A stretch of DNA of 64,000 nucleotides from positions 832,001 to 896,000 of the forward strand of contig CAVPOM010000004.1 of NCBI GenBank assembly GCA_963707025.1, given 5' to 3'. Positions 49,274 to 59,096 of this stretch are shown here, piece by piece. The translations under genes were made by a program, and so were the position numbers. Each line of letters begins with the position of its first letter. The stretch's first letter is position 1. Under the pieces are notes generated by a model. The model was given only the letters and a program-made list of their open reading frames with translations, did not search any database and was not told the DNA's origin. This stretch comes from an uncultured Verrucomicrobiae bacterium. Its GTDB lineage: Bacteria > Verrucomicrobiota > Verrucomicrobiia > Limisphaerales > Palsa-1400.

Positions 49274-51022
49274 ATGAATTTATTGCCCTTTGACAAGCTG
49301 GTTCCGTACCGCCCCCGCGTCTTTGTCCCGGAAAAGATTGACCTGGGCGACTGGCCGCAAATTGCCCGGCTGTTCGACCTGCTGGAAGCCCGCGCCCCGC
49401 GCTGCAAAACGGCGGCCCAGTTGCAACGCTGGCTGCTGGATGGCAGCGAGTTGAGCGCCGCGCTGGAGGAGGAGTCCTCCCTCCGCAACATCGCCATGAC
49501 CTGCCACACGGAAAGCGCCGAGGCGGAGAGGGCCTACATCCATTTCGTCGAGCAAATCGAGCCGCAGCTCAAGCCGCGGCAGTTCCAACTGGCGGTCATT
49601 TATTTGCAGCACCCGCTGCGGGTCAAACTGCCCCGAAAACGCTGGTTCGTTTTCCAGCGCAACGCCCGGCTGCAGGTGGAGTTGTTCCGCCCGGAAAATG
49701 TCCCGCTGGAAACCGAGGAGGCCCGGCTCGGCCAGCAATACCAGAAACTCTCCGGCTCTCTCACCGTGCAATTCCGCGGCGGGGAACAGACCCTGGCGCA
49801 AATGGGCCGTTACCTGGAAGAACCGGACCGGCCGCTGCGCCAGGAGGCCTGGGAACTGACGGCCAAGCGGCGTTTGCAGGAAGCGGAACATTTTGAGAAC
49901 AACTTCGAGCAACTGCTCCATCGGCGCGAGCAAATCGCCGCCAACGCCGGCTTCCCCAACTACCTGCAATACGCCTTCCGGGCGCGCGGACGTTTCGATT
50001 ACACGCCCGAGGATTGCCGGAAATTTCACGACGCCGTGGAAAAGGAAATCATGCCCGTTGTCCGGCAGTTGCAGGCCCAGCGCCGCCGCCAGATGGGCCT
50101 CCCGTCGCTCCGCCCGTGGGACATGAGCGTGGATCCTTTGAACCGCCCGTCCCTTCGGCCGTTCGAGCACGTCGAGGAAATGGTGGAGCGCACGCAAAAG
50201 ATTTTTGACCAACTGGATGCCAGGCTGGCGGCCGATTTTCAATTGATGCGCCGACTGCGCCTGCTGGATTTGGACAATCGCAAAGGCAAAGCCCCCGGCG
50301 GTTACCAATCCACCTTGTCCGAATCGCGCCTGCCGTTCATCTTCATGAACGCGGTGGGCCTTCATCGCGATGTGGAAACGATGTTGCACGAAGCGGGCCA
50401 TGCTTTTCACTCGCTGGCGGCGCGGGGGGAGGAATTGCACGCCTACCGGAGCGCGCCGATTGAATTTTGCGAGGTCGCCTCCATGGGCATGGAACTGCTG
50501 GGCAACGAGTTCATGGAAGCTTTTTATGCGGAGGCCGAGGCCCGGCGCGCCCGGCACGATCACTTGGAGGGAATTGTCACCATCTTCCCCTGGATCGTGA
50601 CCGTGGACGCCTTTCAACATTGGATTTATTCCCATCCCCGCCACCGCCGGGCGGAGCGGCGGCAGGCCTGGCTGGACTTGATGGACCGCTTTGGCGGCGA
50701 GGTGGATTGGAGCGGTCACGAGGAGGCGCGCGCCCATTTATGGCATCGCCAGCTCCACATTTTTCTGCATCCCTTTTACTACATCGAATACGGCATTGCC
50801 CAACTGGGCGCGCTGCAAGTCTGGGCCAATTCCGGGAAGGACAAGGCGCGCGCCCTCCGCCAGTATCAACGCGCCCTGGCCCTGGGCGGCTCCCGTCCGC
50901 TGCCCGAACTCTTTGCCGCCGCGGGCTGCCGTTTCGATTTCACCCGCCGCACCATCAAGCCGCTGGTCCGCCTGGTCTGCAACCAATTGCAGAAGCTGGG
51001 GGAGAGCAAGGCGGCTGGTTGA
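49274..51022 (+). CDS. M3 family oligoendopeptidase (PepF-like)
   Basis: RKGKAPGGY, HEAGH zinc motif, EVASM, PFYYIEY; ATG at 49274. Confidence 0.92.
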   Translation: MNLLPFDKLVPYRPRVFVPEKIDLGDWPQIARLFDLLEARAPRCKTAAQLQRWLLDGSELSAALEEESSLRNIAMTCHTESAEAERAYIHFVEQIEPQLKPRQFQLAVIYLQHPLRVKLPRKRWFVFQRNARLQVELFRPENVPLETEEARLGQQYQKLSGSLTVQFRGGEQTLAQMGRYLEEPDRPLRQEAWELTAKRRLQEAEHFENNFEQLLHRREQIAANAGFPNYLQYAFRARGRFDYTPEDCRKFHDAVEKEIMPVVRQLQAQRRRQMGLPSLRPWDMSVDPLNRPSLRPFEHVEEMVERTQKIFDQLDARLAADFQLMRRLRLLDLDNRKGKAPGGYQSTLSESRLPFIFMNAVGLHRDVETMLHEAGHAFHSLAARGEELHAYRSAPIEFCEVASMGMELLGNEFMEAFYAEAEARRARHDHLEGIVTIFPWIVTVDAFQHWIYSHPRHRRAERRQAWLDLMDRFGGEVDWSGHEEARAHLWHRQLHIFLHPFYYIEYGIAQLGALQVWANSGKDKARALRQYQRALALGGSRPLPELFAAAGCRFDFTRRTIKPLVRLVCNQLQKLGESKAAG

Positions 51023-51059
51023 GAGAATAGGGCGACGCCTTCCTCATAAGCGCCTGCGA

Positions 51060-51575
51060 TCAGCGCTGGAAAAACTTCCGCACAATTTCACGCGGCGTTG
51101 CGACGACGGGGGCGGTGACATCAAACGCCTGCAACTCCAGCGTCAGACGCTCGAAATCAATCCCGCGCAGGTGTTCATCGCTGGTCAACAGCATGGAACA
51201 TCCGAGCAACGCGAATTCGGCAAGCACCAGTGAATCATTGATCTCTTCCCCCGGTATCAGCCCTTGTTCGCGGATCCGCTCCGCGATCCGTTCGGCAATT
51301 CCATGCCCGACGGCGATGAGATTTACTGGAACAATACGCCATGATTGGCCAAGCTGAATTGCCTTGCGGGCGGCCTTGCGCTTTGGCCCGACGCCGCACA
51401 AAGCCAAGTTCGCCAATTCATGTTGGACAGTGGGCGGGATGAAAAAGCCAGCGTCGCGAAGCCGCTCCCGAATAATGGAAACTGCGTCAACGGTGTCATC
51501 CAAACCGTCCGCGAGGTCGAAAAGAACATTCGCGTCAACGGCGACGAGTTGTGGCCGGTTTGGTCGCGCCGCCAT
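51060..51575 (-). CDS. PIN-domain (VapC-like) toxin
   Basis: VAVDANVL, PTVQHEL, NDSLVLAE and LLTSD match the acidic PIN pattern. Confidence 0.85.
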   Translation of the reverse strand: MAARPNRPQLVAVDANVLFDLADGLDDTVDAVSIIRERLRDAGFFIPPTVQHELANLALCGVGPKRKAARKAIQLGQSWRIVPVNLIAVGHGIAERIAERIREQGLIPGEEINDSLVLAEFALLGCSMLLTSDEHLRGIDFERLTLELQAFDVTAPVVATPREIVRKFFQR

Positions 51576-51708
51576 AGTAGAGCTTCATGAAATCTTCACC
51601 GAGTTTTTCCCGGTCCGCGTCGGTCCACTGATTGCCCTCGGCCCGCGCCCGAGCGGCGAGCACCGTGCCGACGGACGCCTTGTCGAGACGCGTTTTCTTG
51701 CGTTTCAT
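51535..51708 (-). CDS. 57-aa putative antitoxin
   Basis: Manual translation MKRKKTRLDKASVGTVLAARARAEGNQWTDADREKLGEDFMKLYYGGATKPATTRRR. Overlaps the PIN start by 41 nt; below the ORF-track cutoff. Confidence 0.6.
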   Translation of the reverse strand: MKRKKTRLDKASVGTVLAARARAEGNQWTDADREKLGEDFMKLYYGGATKPATTRRR

Positions 51709-51850
51709 GCCGTTACTCTACCCGTTATGCGAATAGTTTCAAACCCCAAATACACATCAGGCAGACTTTGCAGCGTGCATTGCCTTGAGGCACATTTCAC
51801 AAAAGCCTTAAAGGAACGGCGTGGCCGTTAACGGTGGCGGCTATGCCGCC

Positions 51851-51914
51851 GCGCGGGGGCGGCCAGATCCACTTTGCGCTGGTTGTGGTTGTTGAAGAAC
51901 TGGCAGCCTTCGCG
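51851..51914 (-). repeat. Degenerate copy of the hpnJ 3' end (direct repeat of 54157-54221)
   Basis: Manual alignment gives 56 of 65 columns identical, with an exact core GGCGGCCAGATCCACTTTGCGCTG. Confidence 0.85.
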
Positions 51915-51970
51915 CGAGGAGGCAGTTTGTCAAGTTTTCAAACGTTGGCTTCCTCCGATTTGCGCCCGTC

Positions 51971-54121
51971 TCACCGGGTGGCGTCCGCGGGAACCTTTAA
52001 TTCGTTCCAAAGAAACGTGTAAGCCAGGGTTTCCATGAAAGCGGTCTCCCGGCTGTTGGCGGCGGCGCCGTGGCCGCCTTCGGTGTTTTCGTAGAACAAA
52101 ACCCGGTGTCCCATTTCTTCAAGACGCGCGGCCATTTTTCGCGCGTGGCCGGGATGCACCCGGTCATCGCGCGTCGAGGTCGTAATCAAGATCGGCGGGT
52201 ATTTCCGGTCCGACCGGGCGTTTTGATAGGGCGAGTATTTTTGGATGTACTGCCAGTCCTTCGCCTGGTCAGGATCGCCGTATTCGCCCATCCAGCTTGC
52301 GCCAGCCAGGAGTTTGTTGTAGCGGCGCATGTCCAGCAGCGGCGAACCGCAATGGACCGCCCCAAAAAGATCGGGGCGCTCGGTCAGCATCACTCCCATG
52401 AGCAGGCCGCCGTTGGAGCGGCCCTCGATTCCCAGATGCTTCGGCGAAGTCACCCCGCGCGCGATCAGGTCCTCCGCCACCGCGATGAAATCGTCGTAGG
52501 CGCGCTGGCGGTTTTCCTTCATGGCGGCCTGGTGCCAGGCCGGGCCAAACTCGCCGCCGCCGCGGATGTTGGCCAGCACATAGACGCCGCCGCGCTCCAG
52601 CCATGCCGCGCCCACCAGCGGTCTGTAGGAAGGGAGCATGGCAATTTCGAACCCGCCGTAGCCCGTGAGCAGCGTGACGTTTTTACCGTCAAAATGAAGT
52701 CCCTTCCGGCTGACCTCGAAATAAGGAATGCGGGTGCCGTCGGCGGATTTGGCTTCGTGCTGCGCCACTTCCAGCCCGGCGGTGTTGAAATAGTCCGGCA
52801 GGCTTTTGATTTTTTCACTCCCGTTCCGTCCGGCGGTGGCCAGGAACAGACTGGAAGGCGTCAGAAAACCCGCCTCGTTCAGGAAACAGGCATCCGATTC
52901 ATCCGGGTCAATCCCTTGCACGCTGGCTGCGCCCAAAGGAGGCACTTCCAGCGGCGTTTGTTGCCATTGACCCCCGGAGAAATGCCAGAGAAACGCGCGG
53001 CTGCGGACGTTGTCCAATTCGTTGAGAACGAGATAATTCCGGGTGTCGCTGATGGATTCCAGGGAAGTCCGTTCTCCCGGCGCATACAAGACCGCAAAAT
53101 GACGGTCGCCTCCCAAATAGGCGCCGAGGTTGTCCAGCAGGAGCGAGCCGCCGGCGTAGGATTGGCCGCCGGCCGTCCAATTGGAGCGCAGTTGCAGCAA
53201 AATATATTCGCCAAAGGTGTGGAGGCGCGCGTCCTCCGGCTTGTCTATCCGCGTCCAGCCATTGCTCCGGCGGAGCCAGGTTTCCTCCGTGTAAAAAGTC
53301 AGGGCGCGATGGATCAATTCATAGACCTGCCCATGATCACGCTCCACATGCGCGCTGACCCCCACATCCTCCGATTTCCCCGCAAATACTTCGGTCGCCT
53401 GGCTCAACGGCGTGCCCCGTTTCCATTCCTTGATTATCCGTGGATAGCCCAACGTTGTCAGAGACCCGGGACCATAATCGGACGCCACATACAAGGCGTC
53501 CCGGTTGCGCCAGGCAACATCGCTCTTCGCCTCCGGCAGGTTGAATCCGCCGGGGACGAATTTCTTGCCCGCGAGGTCAAACTCGCGGATGACGGCAGCG
53601 TCCGCCCCTCCACGGGACAAGTTTACCAGGCACTCGTCAAAACCGGGCTTCAGGACTTCATAGCCTTCCCAGACCCAGTTTTCCTTTTCCTCGCCGGCCA
53701 GCTTGTCAAGATCAATCACCGTTTCCCATGCGGGATTGGTCTTCTTATATTCCTCAAGAGTGGTGCGGCGGAAAAGGCCGCGCGGATTCCGGTCGTCGCG
53801 CCAGAAATTATAATAAAACTTCCCCTCCTTTTCGACGGAGGGGATTCGCTCCTTGGAATCCAGGATGAGGAGCAGCCGCTGGCGTGTGGCCTCAAAATCG
53901 GGGGACGCCGCCAGTTGATTGGTGCTGAGGGCGTTTTGCCGCCCCACCCAATCCAGCGCCCTCGGTCCCGTGATCTCCTCCAGCCACAGATACGGATCAA
54001 CCGTATTGGCGGCCGCATTGGTCTCATTCGCGGCACGCGCGCCCGGCAGCGCGGCCAGAACAACCAGGGCCATCGGCAGCGCGGTCACCCGGCGAAACTG
54101 GTTTCGTAACCGTGAGGTCAT
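51971..54121 (-). CDS. Secreted prolyl oligopeptidase (S9A)
   Basis: Signal peptide, DPYLWLEE, GYGGF, NIRGGGEFG, catalytic GRSNGG, DDRVHP and GGH. Confidence 0.93.
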   Translation of the reverse strand: MTSRLRNQFRRVTALPMALVVLAALPGARAANETNAAANTVDPYLWLEEITGPRALDWVGRQNALSTNQLAASPDFEATRQRLLLILDSKERIPSVEKEGKFYYNFWRDDRNPRGLFRRTTLEEYKKTNPAWETVIDLDKLAGEEKENWVWEGYEVLKPGFDECLVNLSRGGADAAVIREFDLAGKKFVPGGFNLPEAKSDVAWRNRDALYVASDYGPGSLTTLGYPRIIKEWKRGTPLSQATEVFAGKSEDVGVSAHVERDHGQVYELIHRALTFYTEETWLRRSNGWTRIDKPEDARLHTFGEYILLQLRSNWTAGGQSYAGGSLLLDNLGAYLGGDRHFAVLYAPGERTSLESISDTRNYLVLNELDNVRSRAFLWHFSGGQWQQTPLEVPPLGAASVQGIDPDESDACFLNEAGFLTPSSLFLATAGRNGSEKIKSLPDYFNTAGLEVAQHEAKSADGTRIPYFEVSRKGLHFDGKNVTLLTGYGGFEIAMLPSYRPLVGAAWLERGGVYVLANIRGGGEFGPAWHQAAMKENRQRAYDDFIAVAEDLIARGVTSPKHLGIEGRSNGGLLMGVMLTERPDLFGAVHCGSPLLDMRRYNKLLAGASWMGEYGDPDQAKDWQYIQKYSPYQNARSDRKYPPILITTSTRDDRVHPGHARKMAARLEEMGHRVLFYENTEGGHGAAANSRETAFMETLAYTFLWNELKVPADATR

Positions 54122-54146
54122 CTTGCCGGGGCTTTTGGAGCGGCGG

Positions 54147-55613
54147 TCAGGCCCCGGCGCGGGAGGCGGCCAGATCCACTTTGCGCTGATTGAGGCTTTT
54201 GAAAAATTCGTAGCCTTCGCGGCAGCGGCGCACGAAGACGTCCTTGTCCTCCAGCATCGTCTTGATGATGCGCAGGATCGGTTTGGGGCGCAGATAATAG
54301 GCGCGATAAAAACGGTCCACCGCCTCGAAGATCTCGTCCTTGCTCAGGCCGGGATATTCGAGGGTGCTTTGCTGGAAGCCGTCGCTCTTCCACGAGGTCG
54401 GTCTTGTCCTGTCTTGACGAACCAGCCGTTTTGCCGGGCCATTTCGTAAAGCTCGGTGCCGGGATACGGCGCGGCGAGCGAAACCTGCATGCTGAAGACA
54501 TCCAGCTCCTGCGCGAAGCGGATGGTTTCCTCGATGGTCTCGCCGGGTCTCCACCGGCAGGCCGAGAATGAACGTGCCGTGAATGACCACGCCGGCCTGG
54601 TGGCAGGCCTTGGTGAACCGGCGCATCTCGTCCAGTCGTCACGCCCTTTTTGATGCGGGTGAGGATGTCGCTCGTTGCCGCTTTCGTAGCCGACCAGGAA
54701 CAGGCGCAGGCCGTTGTCCTTGAAGACTTTGATGGTGTCGTAATCGAGGTTGGCGCGGCTGTTGCAGCGACCAGGTGACGCCGAGCGGGCCGAGTTTTTT
54801 GGCGATCTCGCGGGCGCGCGGCAGGTTGGCGGTGAAGGTGTCGTCGTCGAAGAAAAATTCCTGCACCTGCGGGAAAAGTTTCTTCATGTAGGCCATTTCG
54901 TCGGCGACATTCTGCGGCGAGCGGACGCGGTATTTGTGCCCGCCGATGGTCTGCGGCCAGAGGCAGAAGGTGCATTGCGCCGGGCAGCCGCGGCCGGTGT
55001 AGAGGCTGACGTAGGGATGGAGCAGGTAGCCGATGAAATACTTCTCGATCTTGCAGGTCGCGCTTGTAGACGTCCGCCACCCACGGGCAGCGTGTCCATG
55101 TCCTGGGATCATCTCGCGCTCGGGGTTGTGCTTGATTTTGCCGTCCTTGTCCCGGTAGGAAAGCCCGGCGATCGGTCGAGAGGTCGCGGTCTTCGGCGAC
55201 TTCCTTGCAGGTGAAATCAAATTCCTTGCGGCCCACCCAGTCAATCGCCGGGGAGGCCTTCAAGAGTTTCCGTCGGCAGCACCATCGTGTGCGCGCCGAC
55301 GAAACCGATTTTGGTGTCCGGGCTTCTGCGCCTTGATGGCCTCGGCCACCTTGCAATCGTTTTTCAGCGACGGCGTGGAGGTGTTGATGATGACGTGGTC
55401 GAAGTCCTTCGCGATCCGCGAGGCATTCGCTCGATGCCGATGTCGTGCGGCGGGCAATCGAGCAGCTTGCGAGTCGGGCGCGAGCGCGGCGGGTTGGGCC
55501 AGCCAGGTCGGATACCAGAAGCTGGTGACTTCGCGCCGCGCCTGGTAACGCGCGCCGGCGCCGCCGTCAAACCCGTCAAAGCTCGGTGGTGAAAGGAAGA
55601 GGGTTCTGCTCAT
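54147..55613 (-). pseudogene. hpnJ: Hopanoid biosynthesis-associated B12/radical SAM protein HpnJ, fragmented by multiple indels (probably sequence errors)
   Basis: N-terminus TLFLSPPSFDGFDGGAGARYQARRE..FWYPTWLAQPAAL, GRGCPAQCTFCLWPQT, FFDDDTF, HGTFILGLP and C-terminal FYRAYYLRP, spread over several frames. Confidence 0.88.
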
Positions 55614-55642
55614 TCAAATTCCGATTCACTATCGGACGCACT

Positions 55643-57030
55643 TCAATCTTCTTGCGTCCTTGTTGCGAGATCTTGCGCGCACCGCAATGTCGTGCCGACG
55701 TGCTGCTCGCTGGTCATCGTCGCTGGAAAACGCGCCTCGCGCCGCCGGCGGCGATTGATGGCGGCCTTGGCTTCGGCCAGATGGCCTTTGCCGATGGAAA
55801 CGCCGTTGAAGCGCCTTGACCAGTTCCGGCGACTACGTAAACGGCTTGGGCTTGGCGCCGAAGTTGTATTTGAAATTCTTCCAGTTGTCGCCGCGCTGAT
55901 AATTGCGTGCCCAGCGCGCCGCTGGGATCGTAGCCGCAATGCACCATGCAATTCTCGCAGCGCGGGTCGCGCGCCACGCCGTCCACCACGCCGTATTTTT
56001 CCCAGTCCACCTTCTCCAGCATTTCCTGGTAGCCGCGCGTAATGGCCGTCGGTCATCAGATAGCAGGGCGCTTTCCAGCCCTTGATGTTGCGGGTGGGAA
56101 TGGCCCAGGCGGTGCAGGTCAATTCGCGTTTGCCGGCGAGAAATTCCTGGTAAACCGGCGTGCCGAAGATGGTGAAGCGCTCGCCCCATTCCTGAATCTT
56201 CGCGAATTTCTCGCCGCGTCATGTCGCGCGTGAGGAAGAAATCCTCCGGCTGCTTGCCCAGGCGCTTGACCATGTCCTTCTTGGCGGCGTCGTATTCGTA
56301 GCCGGGCGAAATCGTGTGGCCGTCCACTTCCAGCGAACTGAGAAGAACTCGAACATGTCCTCGATTTCCTGCACGTCGGTTTCCTTATAGACCGTGGTGT
56401 TGGTCGCGACCTGGTAGCCGAGGATTTTCGCCATTTTGATGGCCTCGACGCATTCCTTGAACACGCCTTCGCGCTCGACGATCAGGTCGTGCGTGAATTC
56501 CAGACCGTCAACATGGACGTTCCAGTACATCCACTTGCGTCGGGCGGATGACCGGGCGGCCGTCGCGTCCGGCCCTTGCGGATGGTTTCGGCGTCCTTGT
56601 CGGAAATCAGTTTCTGCGTCGAGCAGCTGCTTCAGCATCGGCTCCAGCTCCGGCGAATAAATGCGCCGCCAGATAATCCTTCATCTTCTTCCGCATGAAC
56701 ATGCCGTTCGTGCAGACATAAACGATGCGGCCCTGGTCGCAGCAGGCCGGCGACCAGCTCCTCGATCTTCGGATAAATCAGCGGTTCGCCGCCGCAGATG
56801 GAAACCATCGGCGCGTCGCATTCCTGCGCCGCCGCCAGGCAATCCTCCAGCGGCATCATGTCCTTGAGGCTGGTGGAGTATTCGCGGATGCGGCCGCAGC
56901 CGGTGCAGGTCAGGTTGCAGGTGTGCAGCGGTTCGAGCTGCAGGACCATCGCAAATTTGGGCGTGCGCAGATCTTGTGCTTGATGATATGTGCCGGCGAT
57001 CTTTGCCGTCAAGGCGAGTGGGAATCGCAT
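55643..57030 (-). pseudogene. hpnH: Adenosyl-hopene transferase HpnH-like radical SAM protein, fragmented by multiple indels (probably sequence errors); 3' end approximate
   Basis: MRFPL..., VLQLEPLHTCNLTCTGCGRI, VSICGGEPL, VHVDG, CTAWAIPTRN..GWKAPCYL, DPRCENCMVHCGY, across several frames. Confidence 0.85.
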
Positions 57031-57035
57031 AGCGT

Positions 57036-57242
57036 TTAATAAGCTTGGGCCACGGTCTGGTTGGTTTGGGTCTGGCCCGGCGCGGGCGGTGGCGGGAGAC
57101 CCGGTTTGGTTTGGGCCAATCCCGGCAGCAGGAACATGAGCGGCGAAACCGCCGGCGCGGCGTAAAAACCGCCGCAGCCTGTCCCGATGACAAGGACGGC
57201 TGAGATCATCACCATAATTTTGACTGCTGAACCGAACTTCAT
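57036..57242 (-). CDS. Small Pro-rich putative lipoprotein (68 aa)
   Basis: MKFGSAVKIMVMISAVLVIGTGC (lipobox-like), then SPLMFLLPGL. Stop lies 5 nt before the hpnH ATG. Confidence 0.55.
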   Translation of the reverse strand: MKFGSAVKIMVMISAVLVIGTGCGGFYAAPAVSPLMFLLPGLAQTKPGLPPPPAPGQTQTNQTVAQAY

Positions 57243-57317
57243 GGCGGCAGTATAATGCCTTATGGCCAATGGGCAACAATTATTTCCCGCCGCAATGAAC
57301 CGTCCCACGCGTCTTCT

Positions 57318-57349
57318 CCCTCTCCTCCACACACTTGTGGAGGAGAGGG
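57318..57349. repeat. Perfect 14-bp hairpin (CT/GA-rich repeat family)
   Basis: CCCTCTCCTCCACA-cact-TGTGGAGGAGAGGG. Confidence 0.6.
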
Positions 57350-57430
57350 GCGGTGTTCTGAGAGCGCGTCCACCGCCTTCCTGCACAAAGCGAGCCTGCG
57401 AGCGATTGCAGGCAGGGTGAGGTGCGCCAC

Positions 57431-57510
57431 ACCCGTTACACCGTTACAGTTGTTGATTATCAACGGTTTACGAAAACTGCCCCCGTTACACCCCGTTACA
57501 TTTTGTTACA
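57431..57510. repeat. Array of five GTTACA repeats around a GTTGATTATCAAC palindrome
   Basis: CCCGTTACA CCGTTACA ... CCCCGTTACA CCCCGTTACA TTTTGTTACA; the last three have a 10-bp period. Confidence 0.6.
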
Positions 57511-57658
57511 TCCAGCTTTCCCTGCCTCATCAAATCGGTGAGATGGTTGATTATCGTATCGGCCACTTCCAGGAGTTGGTTTCGCGCCGCACCACCGCCA
57601 CCGGGCGCTTTATTTCGTTAAGGGATCGCGTAAAAATAACCTCTGGACTGCAGGCCTA

Positions 57659-58662
57659 GAGCGTTTCCATAAATGATATAGCTTGACTGGGGCGAGAGGG
57701 CTGGCAGGCTTGAGCCATGCGAGCGATACCCGTGTCTGCGCGCGAGCGCATCCTGCAACTCTATGAACAAGGCAAAAGCACCCGCGAGATCGCGGACTTT
57801 TTCGGCTTTTGCGTGGCGGCGGTGCGCCGGGTCCGGCAGCAGTTCCAAGAGCGCGGCACGCTCCAGCCGCAAACCCATTTGTGCGGGCGCAAAACGCTGC
57901 TGAACGCCGGACGCCAGGCTCGCCTGCAAAAGCTGGTGGCGGCCCAGCCCGACGCGACGTTGGCCGAGTTGGGGGCGCGTCTGGACCGCCCTTTCGGGAC
58001 CTCCACTGTGGATTTGTGGCTGCGCAAACTGGGGTTGAGCTATAAAAAAAACGCTCTGCGCCGCCGAGCAGAACCGTCCGGACGTGGCCGAAAAGCGGGC
58101 CCATTGGCATGAGCGTCTGGCAAGTGACCCACCTGCCCGACTGGTCTTCGTGGATGAAAGCGGGGCCAACACCAAGATGACCCGTTTTTGCGGGCGGTCA
58201 CCCGTGGGCCGAAGACTGGCGGCCCACGTCCCGCAGGGACATTATCAGACCACCACCCTGGTCTGCGCCATTCGTCTGGCCGGGCCTGCGGCCCCCTGCC
58301 TCTTTGAGGGGGCCATGGACGGGGAAATGTTTTTGGCCTGGATCCAGCAGGGGCTGGTGGTGGAGTTGCGCAAGGGTGACTTGGTCATCATGGACAACTT
58401 GGCCACGCATAAGGTGACCGGAGTCCGCCAAGCCATCGAAGAGGCCGGGGCAACGCTGCTGTATCTGCCGCCCTATTCGCCAGACTTTAATCCCATCGAA
58501 AATATGTGGAGCAAGGTCAAACAAATTATGCGAGGTCTCGCGCCGCGAACCGCCAAGGAACTGCTCCAAGCGGCGAAGATTGCCTTTGAAGCCATCTCCA
58601 CCGCCGATTGCCGGGGCTTCTTTTTAAACGCCCGCTACGCTACATGATTTATGGAAATGCTC
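57659..58662 (+). mobile_element. IS630/Tc1-mariner family insertion sequence (about 1.0 kb)
   Basis: Terminal inverted repeats GAGCGTTTCCATAAAT / ATTTATGGAAATGCTC (1 mismatch), flanked by TA at 57657-57658 and 58663-58664. Confidence 0.93.
57717..58647 (+). CDS. IS630 transposase in two frames (HTH ORF plus DDE ORF) joined at an A8 run
   Basis: ORF A is a HTH ending LGLSYKK. ORF B has VFVDESG, VIMDNLATHK and LPPYSPDFNPIE. A8 run at 58044-58051. Confidence 0.9.
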
Positions 58663-58692
58663 TAAGGCAAACATTTTCAAAAGGAAGGCGGT

Positions 58693-58784
58693 GGCAGAAA
58701 AATAGGGGCAGAAAAATGAAAATGTCCCGTTTCGCTCTGAACGGGGGGCGGGGCGTATTATATTTCTGCCTGGATATTTCTGCC
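58693..58784. repeat. Doublet inverted repeat: GGCAGAAAAAT x2 and ATATTTCTGCC x2
   Basis: Copies at 58693 and 58707; near-complementary copies at 58760 and 58774. Confidence 0.55.
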
Positions 58785-59096
58785 ATACTCTTCAGGAACA
58801 ATCGGAAATCGTTTTTGCGCGAACCCTGAGAATGTGCTCTTTGTCCACCTCTTCAAAAATTGCTCATTTTTGGCAAAATTGTTCCTTCTCCGTTTTCTCC
58901 GTTTTCCTGTCAAGTTCTTTGGTTACGGCTTGCCGCGCTGTGTGCCTTTGCGGCAAAAATCTTCTTGGAATCGCGTGCTTCCTCGCCATTGCCGTATAGC
59001 ACGGTTTTCGGTGGGTTCTGCCGGGCCGCCTCCAAATCCCGCGCGAAGTCATCGGCCTCTTGTCTGGTTAGATGAAAACGGTGCTTATTCTCGCGC

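Noticed and set aside
57431..57510. Possible CRISPR array (also considered 61402-61432 and 40801-40830)
   Set aside because: Units are 6-10 nt without unique 30-40 nt spacers, and there are no cas genes.
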